This document shows, piece after piece, positions 51,821 through 64,000 of a stretch of DNA of 64,000 nucleotides. The notes below the pieces were generated by a model, which ran no database searches, was not told the origin of the DNA, and saw only the letters and a list, made by a program, of their open reading frames with translations. Within the stretch, counting starts at the first letter, position 1, and each line of letters opens with the position of its first letter. This stretch comes from the human T2T-CHM13v2.0 reference genome, Homo sapiens, in the NCBI RefSeq assembly GCF_009914755.1, contig NC_060934.1. One strand, given 5' to 3'. The translations under genes were made by a program, and so were the position numbers.

Positions 51821-52823
51821 TGTGAAGTTTTTCTTTCAACCCACTGCCAGTTTTTATCCCGGATCTACCTTCCTGCCTGCAGTAATTTAGTGGCTTATTG
51901 TGATGTGTGGGTCACTTTCTGAGACAAAGAGAGTCAATATAATGCCTTCTGCCATGAACAGGCTTTATTTAGTGGCCTTTCTTGGACTGTGTTCAAGAGT
52001 AAACTCTTGGATCTTAGGCACCCTGAGGATATCTCAGGGTTTAAAATTCCTGAGATAAAATAATTAAGTTTTAGATCCATAACTGACTGACAGACTCAAT
52101 GAATGTGCTTTGCCTGGGAAAAGCCTAACCTCTCCAAACTCACCAACCCATGTTTAAGCCCATGAAGTTAAGCACAATTTAAAAGCCTGAATGTGTGTGT
52201 AAAAAGAATCACTGTGTTTATAGGCAATCTGTTTACACTTTGAAAGCCATTAGAGTGATAGTGATAAAAATTTACCAGTTTGGGTCCTAAAATCTCTAAA
52301 ACATAATTTGTTTGTTGAGGCCTATTGGAATTGATGAAGAAGAGAATTAACTCTTCTTCGGCATCCCTGGGACTCACTCTGACAAGTCTGAGAGGGGCTG
52401 GAAATTATAGAAGATTTGAATCTAGGTTCATGGGGAGTTTTGAACGTGTGGAATTTCTTTGGTTCGTTGCTTTTGGTGAGGAGGAATCCAGGTCAATTTT
52501 CCCCTATTTATTAAAGGTTTTATGACCCCTCTTCTTCAGAATTGGCAATTTCATTTGCTGTGCATTTGCTACTTCTAACTGGAGAGTTTGAAGTCTGGTG
52601 CAATCTACTTGTATAAGATGCTGGAGTATCACAGTCCCATGCTACAAATAGCCTGGGCTAGGAGGAGAACAACTTGATGGGGTTTACCACAAATGTTTCG
52701 ATACTAGCAATAACACAGTCACTTGAATTGCATATCATTCTATACTCTTCAAAGCATGTTGCATCTGTTAACATAGCTGATCTCAGAATAGTGCCACGAA
52801 GCAGGAAGGACTATGATTTCTAA

Positions 52824-53148
<325 letters not shown>

Positions 53149-53159
53149 AAAATTTTGTT

Positions 53160-53680
53160 TTTAAGGATTTTTTCCTGACTATGAAAATAATGCATATTCA
53201 TTATAGAAATTTTGGAAAATACTGAGAATCATAAAGAAGGAAATTAAGGTTGCCTGTAATTCCCCACTTCCCAGAAATAACCACTTAAAACCTTCTGGAA
53301 TATATCCCCCCGACACACATACTCCTTTCTGTATGTATTTGCACAGATACCTGTAGATTAGATTTTTAAATTTGAGATCCTTCTATAAAGATACTATATT
53401 GTTCTAGGCCTTTCACTTATAAACATTTACCCATGTTATAAATAGTTCTTGAAACCCCACTATTTAATAGCTGAATAGTTTTCTGTTTGAAGAGAGGATT
53501 ATAATATTGTTGAGTAACTAGGTTATTTTCAGTTGTTCCTTATTCTACTCGGTATCATGAAGTATGTTCCAGGACATACATCTATTTTTTTTTTTTTTCA
53601 TTTTAAACACAGCTCTGATTATATCCTAAAGACAAACTCTTAGAGATGGAATGGCTAAGATGTTTCTGTCTAGTTTTCGA
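53160..53680 (-). mobile_element. Old L1ME 3' UTR fragment
   Basis: aataatgcatattcattatagaaattttggaaaatac...cccagaaataaccact. Confidence 0.65.
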
Positions 53681-54619
53681 GGACTATTATGTAAAGTGAT
53701 AGAAAGTCAGGGATTTTATCCAAATTTGATGGTGGGAAAACTGAAGATCAGAGAGTTACACTTACTTGCCTCAGGGTGCAGAGTGGAGCAGCCAGGTGGC
53801 CCCATGGAGGCACTCACCTTGCTGGCACTCTTACCACCTGGGAGGTGAGGACAGCACCTTGGCAAAGCTAAGCTAGGTTACAGTGTGGCCATTGTGGGCT
53901 CTCTTCACAGCCCCTATTTGACTGTGGTTTGTGATACTGATGGAGATTAACGAAATTGTCATTCTGCTTCACGTCACTGCTTCTCAGAGCTTTCTGGGCT
54001 TTTCCTCTCCCCCTCTCTCCCCAACTCAGTGCTCTCTCAGAGTGGCTGCAGCCCATCTGCCTGGCATGTTTGCTTGCCTTTCTTTTTAACCTAAAACATT
54101 TTGGAGGATGCCTATCAAGTTCCACACCCTGTGTTGGCTGCAAGGGGTACAAAGATGCGTTAATTCAGTCCTGACCCTCAAATGTCATCTAGGATGAGAA
54201 TGCGAACAGGTAACTGTGGTGAAGTATGAAGAAGACATAATCCTGGGGCTGTGGAAGAATCAGAAGTGTCCCGTTTGTAAAGCATATCATGCTGTTCCTG
54301 GTGCATGACAAACCTCTAGTCTGCTGCCTCAGTGGACCCCTTTGTATTCCTATTCTATAGTATTTGTTTTGACCAGACTTATCCCCAAAAGTCTTCTCAC
54401 TTTTGCTCCTTTTTGCTCCTTGTCTGCTTTGACTTACTTCCCATTGTTTTTGTACGCAGTGGGCACCTAATAAGTAATCGATGGTGTGGCCTCATCACCT
54501 GGCCTCTGGGTACCTCTATCCTGGCCCTATTCTTGCTACTTGTAAGTTCCCAGGAATTTGCACCTGTCCCTGAGTCTCATTTTCCTTATTTGTAATATTA
54601 AGGGAAGAAAACCCAAATA

Positions 54620-54830
54620 ACTGCTAATGAAAATAATAGCAAGCATGTATTGAGCCTTATTATGCACCATGTACTGTTGTAAGAACTTTACACATATTAG
54701 CTTATTAAAGCACACGTCTTCGTGGGGTTAGGGTTACTGTTGTCCCATTTCTCAGGTGACGATCCAGGGCCCAAGGCCACATAGCCGGGTGGTGGGACCA
54801 TGAGGCAGGCAGACATTAGAGATTACTCTC
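54620..54830 (-). mobile_element. MIR
   Basis: catgtattgagccttattatg...gtcccatttc...cccaaggccaca. Confidence 0.7.
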
Positions 54831-55089
54831 TTGACATTGTCCTCTACTTTCTTAGGACCCTTGCCTTACATTGTACTTGGAATGGCAAAACACTTGTGGT
54901 GTAATTTGGGAGTTCAATATGGTTAGTTTGGGAGAGCAGAAGCTCTCTTGAGTTAATAATGTATTGCAGAGCAGGCATGGGGACGTCTAGGACCTTGGCT
55001 GTTCCCTCCCCAAAGCTATAGAACATCACAGAACCAGGGAACTGTGGGGCTGGGAGAGACCTCTGAGGAAGAGCTCCTTTTTCAACCAT

Positions 55090-55260
55090 CCATTCACTTG
55101 CTCACTCACCAACATCTTGAGCACATGCTATTTGAAAGTCATTATACTACATGTTGCTCTTGCTATGGAGACTAAAAACAGGTATGACTTCTGCTCTCAG
55201 GAAACTCACAACCCAGAAAGCCGGGAAATAGCATGTCACACAGCTGGTGGGACTGTTGGG
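55090..55260 (-). mobile_element. L2 3' fragment
   Basis: cattcacttgctcactcaccaacatcttgagcac...tgctctcaggaaactcaca. Confidence 0.6.
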
Positions 55261-58102
55261 AGAGAAAGCAGTAAGGATGAAAATGTTTTCAGTTGAAATG
55301 CCTAATTCTCTCTAGACTTCCAGGAAGGGGCCTGACAATTTTGGCACAAGGACTACCTTCTTTCCAGTGCGTGGCTCATGTCCCTGGGTCTGGCAAGTCC
55401 AGAATTAGTAGTAGAGAACTCTTGTCCAAAGCACTAATTTGGAGGCTGAGATTTATTGTTGTCACAGCACCTGGCTTACAAAAATAAGCTTTGTCATAAT
55501 GGAGGAAGAAAAGGGAGGAAAATAAAGCCAGGTTTTAGATCAGTTGCAGAATTTTTTTCCCCTGTCTATTGAAGTTTATAGTAAGTCAAAATGCCTGGTA
55601 CCCAGATTGATTTGAATGAAAAAAATAGATATACATATATATGCATGCTTGAACAATGTCAGGCTTCCAATGTGCCTCTAGTTCCTCTGTAAGTCCCCAA
55701 TCTAGGAGTTTCTTCTGTAGCTTGATTCCAGCAAGAACAGGCGCTGCTTCAGTATTCATTTCAGTGGCGTTGACAATACTGACAATATAATTGACCTAAA
55801 AAGTTCTGGATTTCCTGTTAATGCACTTTAGAAATGTACATCAACTACCAAAAAAAATTCATTTCTATCTACATTTCACTTGATTTCCATTTTCAAGAGA
55901 GAGGCTTCATCATTATTATTCTATTTGAATAGCACTGATATCTTGAAGGATGGAAGGAGATTTCTATTGTATGCGGGAGTACTTTATTTCGATATTTTCT
56001 TTGTCTGATTATACATGATAAACACACATTAGTGACATTTCGTGCATGTTTGGAAGATAAATGGGGATATCTCTTTAAACCATTCCTGACACTTGCTAAC
56101 CTGTGAGCTTAATGGCATTTTCTCTTTGATTCAATAATTTGTCTGTCAAAAAAAAGCTGGGCTGACATTCTCCTTGTTGTGGGATTGAAATGGAAAGAAA
56201 TCTCTTCTCTTGAAGATAATTTTTTTTTTAAATTGAGGGGAACATTTTAGGATAAAAATGTTTTTGAAATTATTTGGGTTTTTGGTGATGGAGGTGGAGG
56301 ACGGGGGCTGGGAGGATGGCGCTGATGAATGCGAGAGCCCTGACATTATATGTGTGGCAAGTCATCTTAAAAGGGGGCCCATTACCTCCATCTGCAAGTC
56401 CTCTTGAAATAATTAGGGAACGTGTGAAATCTTGCAAATGAAGATGGCTCCTACTGCGGTGTCTCCTGGGAGCCATCAGCCTCCCTCCCGGTGGAGGTGG
56501 TCGGGTGGGGTGTGCATCTGTGTGCACAGGCATAGCTCTGACTCCATGCACCTGTCTTAGTTCCCCTGGATGATGGAGAAGTCCCCTGAACAATGGTGAG
56601 AGGGAAGGCAGTCCCAGCCTCATGCTGGAGAGGCTCCAAATCCAGATGCCTGTTTTATCTTTGGAGATTTTGGAGCAGCCTCATTCAGGGGCTGTGGTGA
56701 ATGTGAATCGAGTGGTGAACCTCGAGTTTAGGAAGACATATGGTGGGCTGCAGGTGAGGCTTATTGCTCATGAGGGAGGCCTGTGCATCTGTGAGAAAGG
56801 TGGCCTCACATGTTGGGAATGAGGGACCATTTCAGAGCTGTATCATGTGACCCCAGGATGTGTTGCTAGCCTGTCTCCTGGGGCCCCTCCGTGCCCTGCA
56901 TTTGAGGGTTTCTTGGAAGTCTGATTACGTAAAGTTGATGTGAATAGGCAGGGAGCAGAATGGAAGAGGATGCTTGGTGTTGAGAGTCTGCTTCCCTCCC
57001 TTCCCGCTTCTCCACCATAAGGGGTCTTCACATGCACCATTAGAAAACAAGGACTTATTAGGCCCCCTCACGTTGATTCATTCAACACCTTGTATGTGTG
57101 CCAGGCACAGTTCTAGGCCCCGGGGAGGCACCCCAAGTCATATAACTTGCCCATAGTGAAGTCAGGAATAAAACCCAGGTTTCTTGATTCCTGATCTGAT
57201 GCTTTTCTGGCACACCACCCTGCCTTCCTGGAGACCCCATCTCCTGCAGGAGCCTGAAATTCTTTCGCATTGTCTGGTTGTTCTTCCTTATGGCTTCCGG
57301 TTCCCCTGTCTGAGAACGCAGGTCAGTCATTTCATGCTGGGTTACCCTAGCAAAACACAACAAACACAAACAAATAAAAATGAAGTCATCAACCATCACA
57401 TGTGTTTTCCCAGGCTGGATTTCCCACTAGCAAATAGGGCCCTTCAAAACCTTTGAACATCCTGAGCACTGTTACTTTAGAAGCCCCATCACACAGCGTA
57501 TCAAAGATATTAAAATTAACCCCCATCTCATATTAAACATGATTTATGAAGTTTCAATGTGAAATTTTGGGGATGGATTTTAAAAATCATTTTTATAGTT
57601 TTGAAGTTTAAGAGTAAATTCATTATGGCTTAAACTTTGTTATATTTAACTGTAAAGCTTGAGTTGATTTGCACTTAACTGACTGATGAATATAATGTTT
57701 CTTTCTGTTGAAATTTAATGAAATATTTATTTAATTTATTATTTTCATTTATTATATTATTATTTATTTAATGAAACATTTATTAATCTTAGTTTTGCAA
57801 TTTTTATTTCACATTTTAGAGCCATTTATTTTCAGATATCAAACATTTCATTGGCCTTTAATGAGTTTAGAGGAGAGCCCTTGACGCTATGCTTGTAGCT
57901 CCTCATGGATGAAAGGCCCTGAAAACAGACCTCTTTGCAGCTACCCACCCAAAACCAAATTGTATACTGCAACATTTGCTGCCCTTGGAGAACCCCAAAT
58001 GGGCTTGTTGGAAAACCTCTTCTAAAATCCCTGGGACTGGCCTGAGTGTCATGGAAGTGACCCTGAGGGCTCAAGAAGAACTGCCGTTTCTACTTGCCAT
58101 GG

Positions 58103-58512
58103 TGTCTTACTCAGCTTGGGCTGCCATAAAAAAATACTGCAGACCAGGTGGCTTAAACACAGACATTTGTTTCTCACAGTTCTGGAGTCTGGAAGTCCAA
58201 GATCAAGAGCCAGCTCTGTTTCTGGTGAAGACTTTTCCCAGCTTGCAGATGGCTGCTTTTTTGCTGGGTCCTCACACCCTCACATGGTAGAGACAGCACA
58301 CCCTGTTCACTCTTCTTCTGAGGGCACCAGTCCCATGATGAGGGTCTCACCCATGTGACCTCATCTAACCCCAATTCTCTCCAAATACTGCAACTTCAAA
58401 TACTACTTATACAAAGGTTCCACTTCAAACTACTGTCACATTGAGGGCTAGGGATTCAATATATGAATTTGAGGAGGTTGCGGGGTGGGGCACAAACCTT
58501 CACTCCCTAACA
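58103..58512 (-). mobile_element. MLT1A0-type solo LTR
   Basis: tgtcttactcagcttgggctgccata...tctcacagttctggagtctggaagtccaagatcaag...ctaaca. Confidence 0.9.
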
Positions 58513-58720
58513 TACAGTGTGGTGGAAACACCCAGGCCTCAGAGTCTGTGGCTGTGGGTTTCACATCCCAGGCCCACCACTTTTAGCAGTGGTTAGCCTC
58601 CGAACTTCAGTTCCTACATCTGTAAAATGGGGATGGTAATCAATCTGTAGGGTTGCTATTTGCATTAGAAGTAATGTTTATAAAGGGTCCAGCACCCAGT
58701 AGGTACCTCTTCTCATTGTA
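58513..58720 (+). mobile_element. MIR
   Basis: cttcagttcctacatctgtaaaatggggat. Confidence 0.8.
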
Positions 58721-59519
58721 ATTTACCCAGTCATGTGAGGGCATCTTTAATGAAATGAAACAGCAGCTGTTATGTGTGGAGTTACAACAAAGAGACACAC
58801 ACACAGAGCAGGGAGACAGGCCAGGAGCATGTCTGGAGGCAAGAAAACAGGTAAGGTCCTTGGCATTGAGGCAAGGAGGGGCTCCTACAAAAAAAGTTTT
58901 TTTCCTACATTTCTGGGAAGTCTCAGGCTTTCAGGGAACTCCTCAGGTTGTGCCAGACTGCAAAGAGTGGGCTGAGAGGCCCAGCCTTCTGGGCCTGGGG
59001 ATGATTCAGGAATGAAAGATCCCCAAGTTGGGAAGACTCAGCTTGAGGGTTTTTCACCAGAAAACAATCTGCAGTTTATTTATTTATTTATTTTTGCCAT
59101 TTCCAGAATGGAAAACACAAACGGAAATGATGAGTTTTATAAATATAGGAGTTTTGTGCCTGGGATGGAGGTGGGGCGTTGGTATTTATGTGCAAATAGC
59201 CCTAGATTCTGCAGATTACCAGTATCTGGGGAAGGAACAAATGCCCAGCATTTAGAAAGCCATCAGAACAGGGAGCGCCACCCCTGGCTGCGAGAATTGG
59301 TGGGCAGTGATATGGCAACCCTCTTTCCTGAGTACTCCACCATTAGACGGGATTGGTGGGTGGAAAATCAGAGGCCATGAGTAGTCTCCCAAATCCTTCC
59401 ACTTGAGTCAGCCTGCAGCCAATTAACCTTCCTGACCGACTCAAGGCAAGCCTAGACCACAGTGGAAGGAACGTCCCCTGGCCCACCCTCTCTCTCTACC
59501 ATCCTCTCTCCCTTCCTTC

Positions 59520-59790
59520 TGCCACTCAAGTGAGTGCTCAGTGTGTATCAGGCACTATCCTAGGTGCTTGCATTAAATCCATGGGCAAAATGGAAAAATT
59601 TATAATAGACATTAAACAATAAATATGTCTCATAAAGACGTTACACGTTGGAGGGCAAAAAATGCTATGGAAAAAAGAAAAAGAGAGCAGGTAATAAAAT
59701 TAGTAGTCCCGGGTGGAAGTGGCAGGACAGGTTGCAGTATTGAACAGGGTGGTCAGGAGAGGCAGCATTAGGAAGGTGAGATGAGTAAAT
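59520..59790 (-). mobile_element. L2 fragment
   Basis: caggcactatcctaggtgct...agggtggtcaggagaggc...ggaaggtga. Confidence 0.7.
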
Positions 59791-59989
59791 GGCAGGTAAG
59801 TCAGTTGAGGGTGTTGAAGGACAAAAAGATTATAAAATGAACTGTCTCTGAGCTCATAGTGTCTGATAGGGGGAGGAAGAAGCCAGTCAACATTGGAATG
59901 CCTGGAATATCATTTCTTCCTAACAAATCTGAGCAATGTGGCTTAGGGAGATGAAGAATACCTGTGCCTGCCAGTCCTTAATCTTATGT

Positions 59990-60190
59990 GGCTCATGGTA
60001 CCGCTAGGCAGTGCTTGGTATCAGATGGAGATTGGGACCTGGGTATAAAGCCAGAGTTCTCTAGCCCAGGTGGGGTTTTTGGGTTTCTAATGGCTCAAAA
60101 CGTTTGTTGGATGAATGACATGAGTGGTTAAATGAAAAACTGAGTGAATAAATTCATCAATGAGCAAATGAATGAACAATGAATGAATAA
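59990..60190 (+). mobile_element. L2 3' end with (TGAA)n tail
   Basis: ctcaaaacgtttgttggatgaatga...aatgaatgaat. Confidence 0.55.
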
Positions 60191-60679
60191 AGACTGATTA
60201 AAATTCTTATCTGTATTAAGAATAGATAATTTACAAGTTCACACCATAAGTTACTAGTTGCACATTTAGCTTCAGTAGTAATTTTTAAGGTGCTTTGCTA
60301 TATTTAAAATATATAGGCATTTACACCATTGAGTAAATTTTCAAATGTAGTGAAAAATTATCCAATTTTAAATATGTTTAGGTATTATGGTATAGTCCGA
60401 ACTTAGATTTTCACTTATAGCTGTAATCAAAGTAGACCATATTTTCTGAACCAGCAGATGACTTTGCCTCCTATGTAGAGTGAGAGCAGACTGCTTGATA
60501 AGCTTGTGAATCACAGTTTCTTGCTTATGGATAATTGCTGCTCTTAGTCTTGAGACATGACATAGAGATTGACGCAGAGTAAACTGCTGGTCTGCTGGTT
60601 ACTAAACTTTGCATATTTTCAGAAAGACCTGGGGAAACTTACAGAAAGAGCGGCAGACAGTGTCAGGCAGGCCACAGAC

Positions 60680-60797
60680 TGGCCACCCCCAGGTCTACTT
60701 TATCAGAAGTTTCAGGTATGGTCTCCAATGTCTGCAGTTTAAAATTGTTTCTCAGGTGATTTTGTTGTCGATAGTGTAGGGGATTAAGGAACCACTG
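60680..60797. mobile_element. MER5-type fragment
   Basis: ccacccccaggtctac...caggtgatt...ggaaccactg. Confidence 0.55.
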
Positions 60798-60815
60798 CAC
60801 CAAAGCCAACTTTGA

Positions 60816-61143
<328 letters not shown>

Positions 61144-61464
61144 TTAAAATTTTTACTTTATTAGTGTCTATCAATAAATGGATAAGTGTAAATCCTAATT
61201 GCAGGAAGCCAAATGAGACAGATTTATCCCCCTCCAACAAGGTAGCATTTCAGTCTTCTTTCTTTCTCTGTCTCTCTTTTTCTTATTTTGTTTATCTTCT
61301 CCCTAAACATAGGACTTCTCTGTATGTATTACTGTACTATGTGCTTTCTCTTTACAATTCTGATACATTATGCATGTCTTTCAATACATATTAAAGCTAC
61401 ATGATATTCCAGAATGTGGAAGTGATCCATCCTTTCAACTTGTTGAAATTCATTGATTTACTCA

Positions 61465-62147
<683 letters not shown>

Positions 62148-63098
62148 TCAGGCAGGCTTGAAATGGAGTCGCTGTTTCACAAAGGGAAAGAGAACAGATC
62201 CGCCAATGAGAAAAGTTGATGGGGCAGAGGCCTCAGGCAAGGTCCAGACCCTGTCTTCAGAGTCTGTGAACATTTAAGGAGCTAAGACTTTCTTTATCTT
62301 CCTGGAGTGTCCACCCACTAATATAGGGCAGGTTATGGTGAGGACTGTGAAAGACCCAAGAGCCCTGGAGCTCCCTGTGCGGCGGCTGAGGGTGTTCAGA
62401 GGAGTGAGGGTTTGAACTGAGTTCAGAAGGAGAGTCAGCCTGAGCTCCGCTGAGCAAAGGCTCTGGGTGACTCTGCCGCTTACCTGGAGAGAACCGTTTT
62501 GCCTCTGTCCGGCCATGTGAAGACCGGCTGGCTAGTGTAGGGGGCTCTTGGAAACCAGGTGGGTAAGAAACCAAGTAAACTAACTATTCTGTTGTTTCTC
62601 CAAGAGGAGAAACAGCAGCCACAAAAACCTCAGCCCTCTGCAGAGCGAAGCTCCAAGAGCCCCTTTCACAGACACATAAATATTTAATAATCATCTGTCT
62701 ACAACCAATCTAGGGGAAAAAAATCTTTAAATAGACTGCTCGAAAGGCCAAAACCTGAATTTTAATTGAGGTACTTTGAATTACTCCCATTAGTCAGTCG
62801 CTCTGACTTTTTCTTAGTGAGGGCTGGATTGTTTTTGAAAGGGGAATCGAAATTATTAGCAGCCCTTAAAAAAAGAAAAAACCTGCTGATCCTACTAAAT
62901 AATAAACTAGGCTTCTTTTTAAAAAGACGTGGCTTTCTAGGCTTCAAGCAAGAGGGGAAAGTAAGATGAGCCCCACATTTTAGAGATGCAATTTGAAAAG
63001 CAAGCGTTAAGGGCATTCAGATGCCTGGCTAAGCAGTTCCTCGGCAAAGCACTTCTGCAATGCTCCCTGGTCCTGCTAAAGTTTGCAGGATGGAGAAG

Positions 63099-63157
<59 letters not shown>

Positions 63158-63164
63158 TGTGTGT
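63099..63164. repeat. (GT)26(GC)2(GT)4 microsatellite
   Basis: Perfect GT run at 63101-63152. Confidence 0.97.
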
Positions 63165-64000
63165 TTATATATTTATTTTCCGTCTCTCTGCCCCCTGGGC
63201 CTGCAGTCTTCTGTAGCCGATGTAACAATCCTCCTGGATGAACCTCTTGTATCTCATGCTAGCCAATTTCGACAGTCTAAAGTGCTCAAATTGAGCCATT
63301 TTGTTCTCTGTAAAATAAACCTCAGGCCATTATGCGTGGTTTTTCATTCACCCGCCTCCTTGTCACCCTTCCCTTGGCCCCTCTCTGCCCACCCTCCCCT
63401 CCTTCCCCATTCTCTCCTCTTGCTCCCCCTCTGACGAATGGGAGGGAAGCAGACATCCTTTAGGAGACCGCTGTTTTCAGTCCAGGCATGTCAACTTCAC
63501 TCTGGCACAATTTGCTTTGAGATCTGTGGCATGGAGCAGGGCTACAGGGTCACCCCCCAACCATAATTGATCTTGCTTATTCATCTGCTTCCTGCGTATT
63601 GCCCTCTCCCCATGCTGGCCTTTGTTTGGATAAATTGTTGGAAGATTTACTGTGGTGCTGAAAGCCACCTGCCCTGGTGTCCCCACCACCTCTTCCAGGG
63701 TGAGACGATAGAGTGGCACTTAGGGAAGAAAGTTCTCCCTTCTCCCCGCCATCCCAAACCTAGAGGACATCTCCTGGCATCACAATTCAGGCAATTTCCA
63801 GACTAATTTACTATGGAATCACTTTTCACGGCCCTTGTGCACCGGTATGAGAAATGTTAATTGGTGTGTGAGCCTGAGATGCTCTTCCAAAGGATTTATC
63901 GTCAGAATCAGAGGAGGGGAAGGGGAGCCGAGGCCGTCTTTGTGATGGCTTGGAGGCTGCACTCACTCGCTTCAGATTATTTTTAAAACCAATGGTCATG

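Noticed and set aside
63258-63794. Peptide ASQFRQ occurs twice in the same frame with different codons
   Set aside because: Stops intervene and the match does not extend. A local 6-aa match is expected by chance in a window this size.

Overview
Primate (human-like) nuclear genomic DNA, shown by AluY/AluS/AluJ, THE1B and MSTA. It has no recognisable intact protein-coding gene, RNA gene, CpG-island promoter or CRISPR. Much of it is decayed interspersed repeat (MIR, L2, old L1, MaLR solo LTRs, hAT/TcMar DNA transposons, 12 Alu copies or fragments) plus microsatellites, including (CAG)18 and (GT)26. All L1 fragments and about 9 of 10 LTRs lie on the minus strand, which suggests the window sits inside a large intron of a + strand gene that I cannot name. 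The best candidate for something undescribed is an 825-nt splice-site-bounded segment (13494-14318) that reads as a disabled protein-coding exon in a single frame. Other leads are a ~300-bp insert flanked by a perfect 15-bp duplication, a candidate 18-nt microexon, a CAG repeat at a MIR tail next to a G-quadruplex motif, and several TALE/homeodomain-motif-rich islands. Repeat names and old-repeat boundaries come from recalled consensus sequences and are approximate. Counts are by hand.
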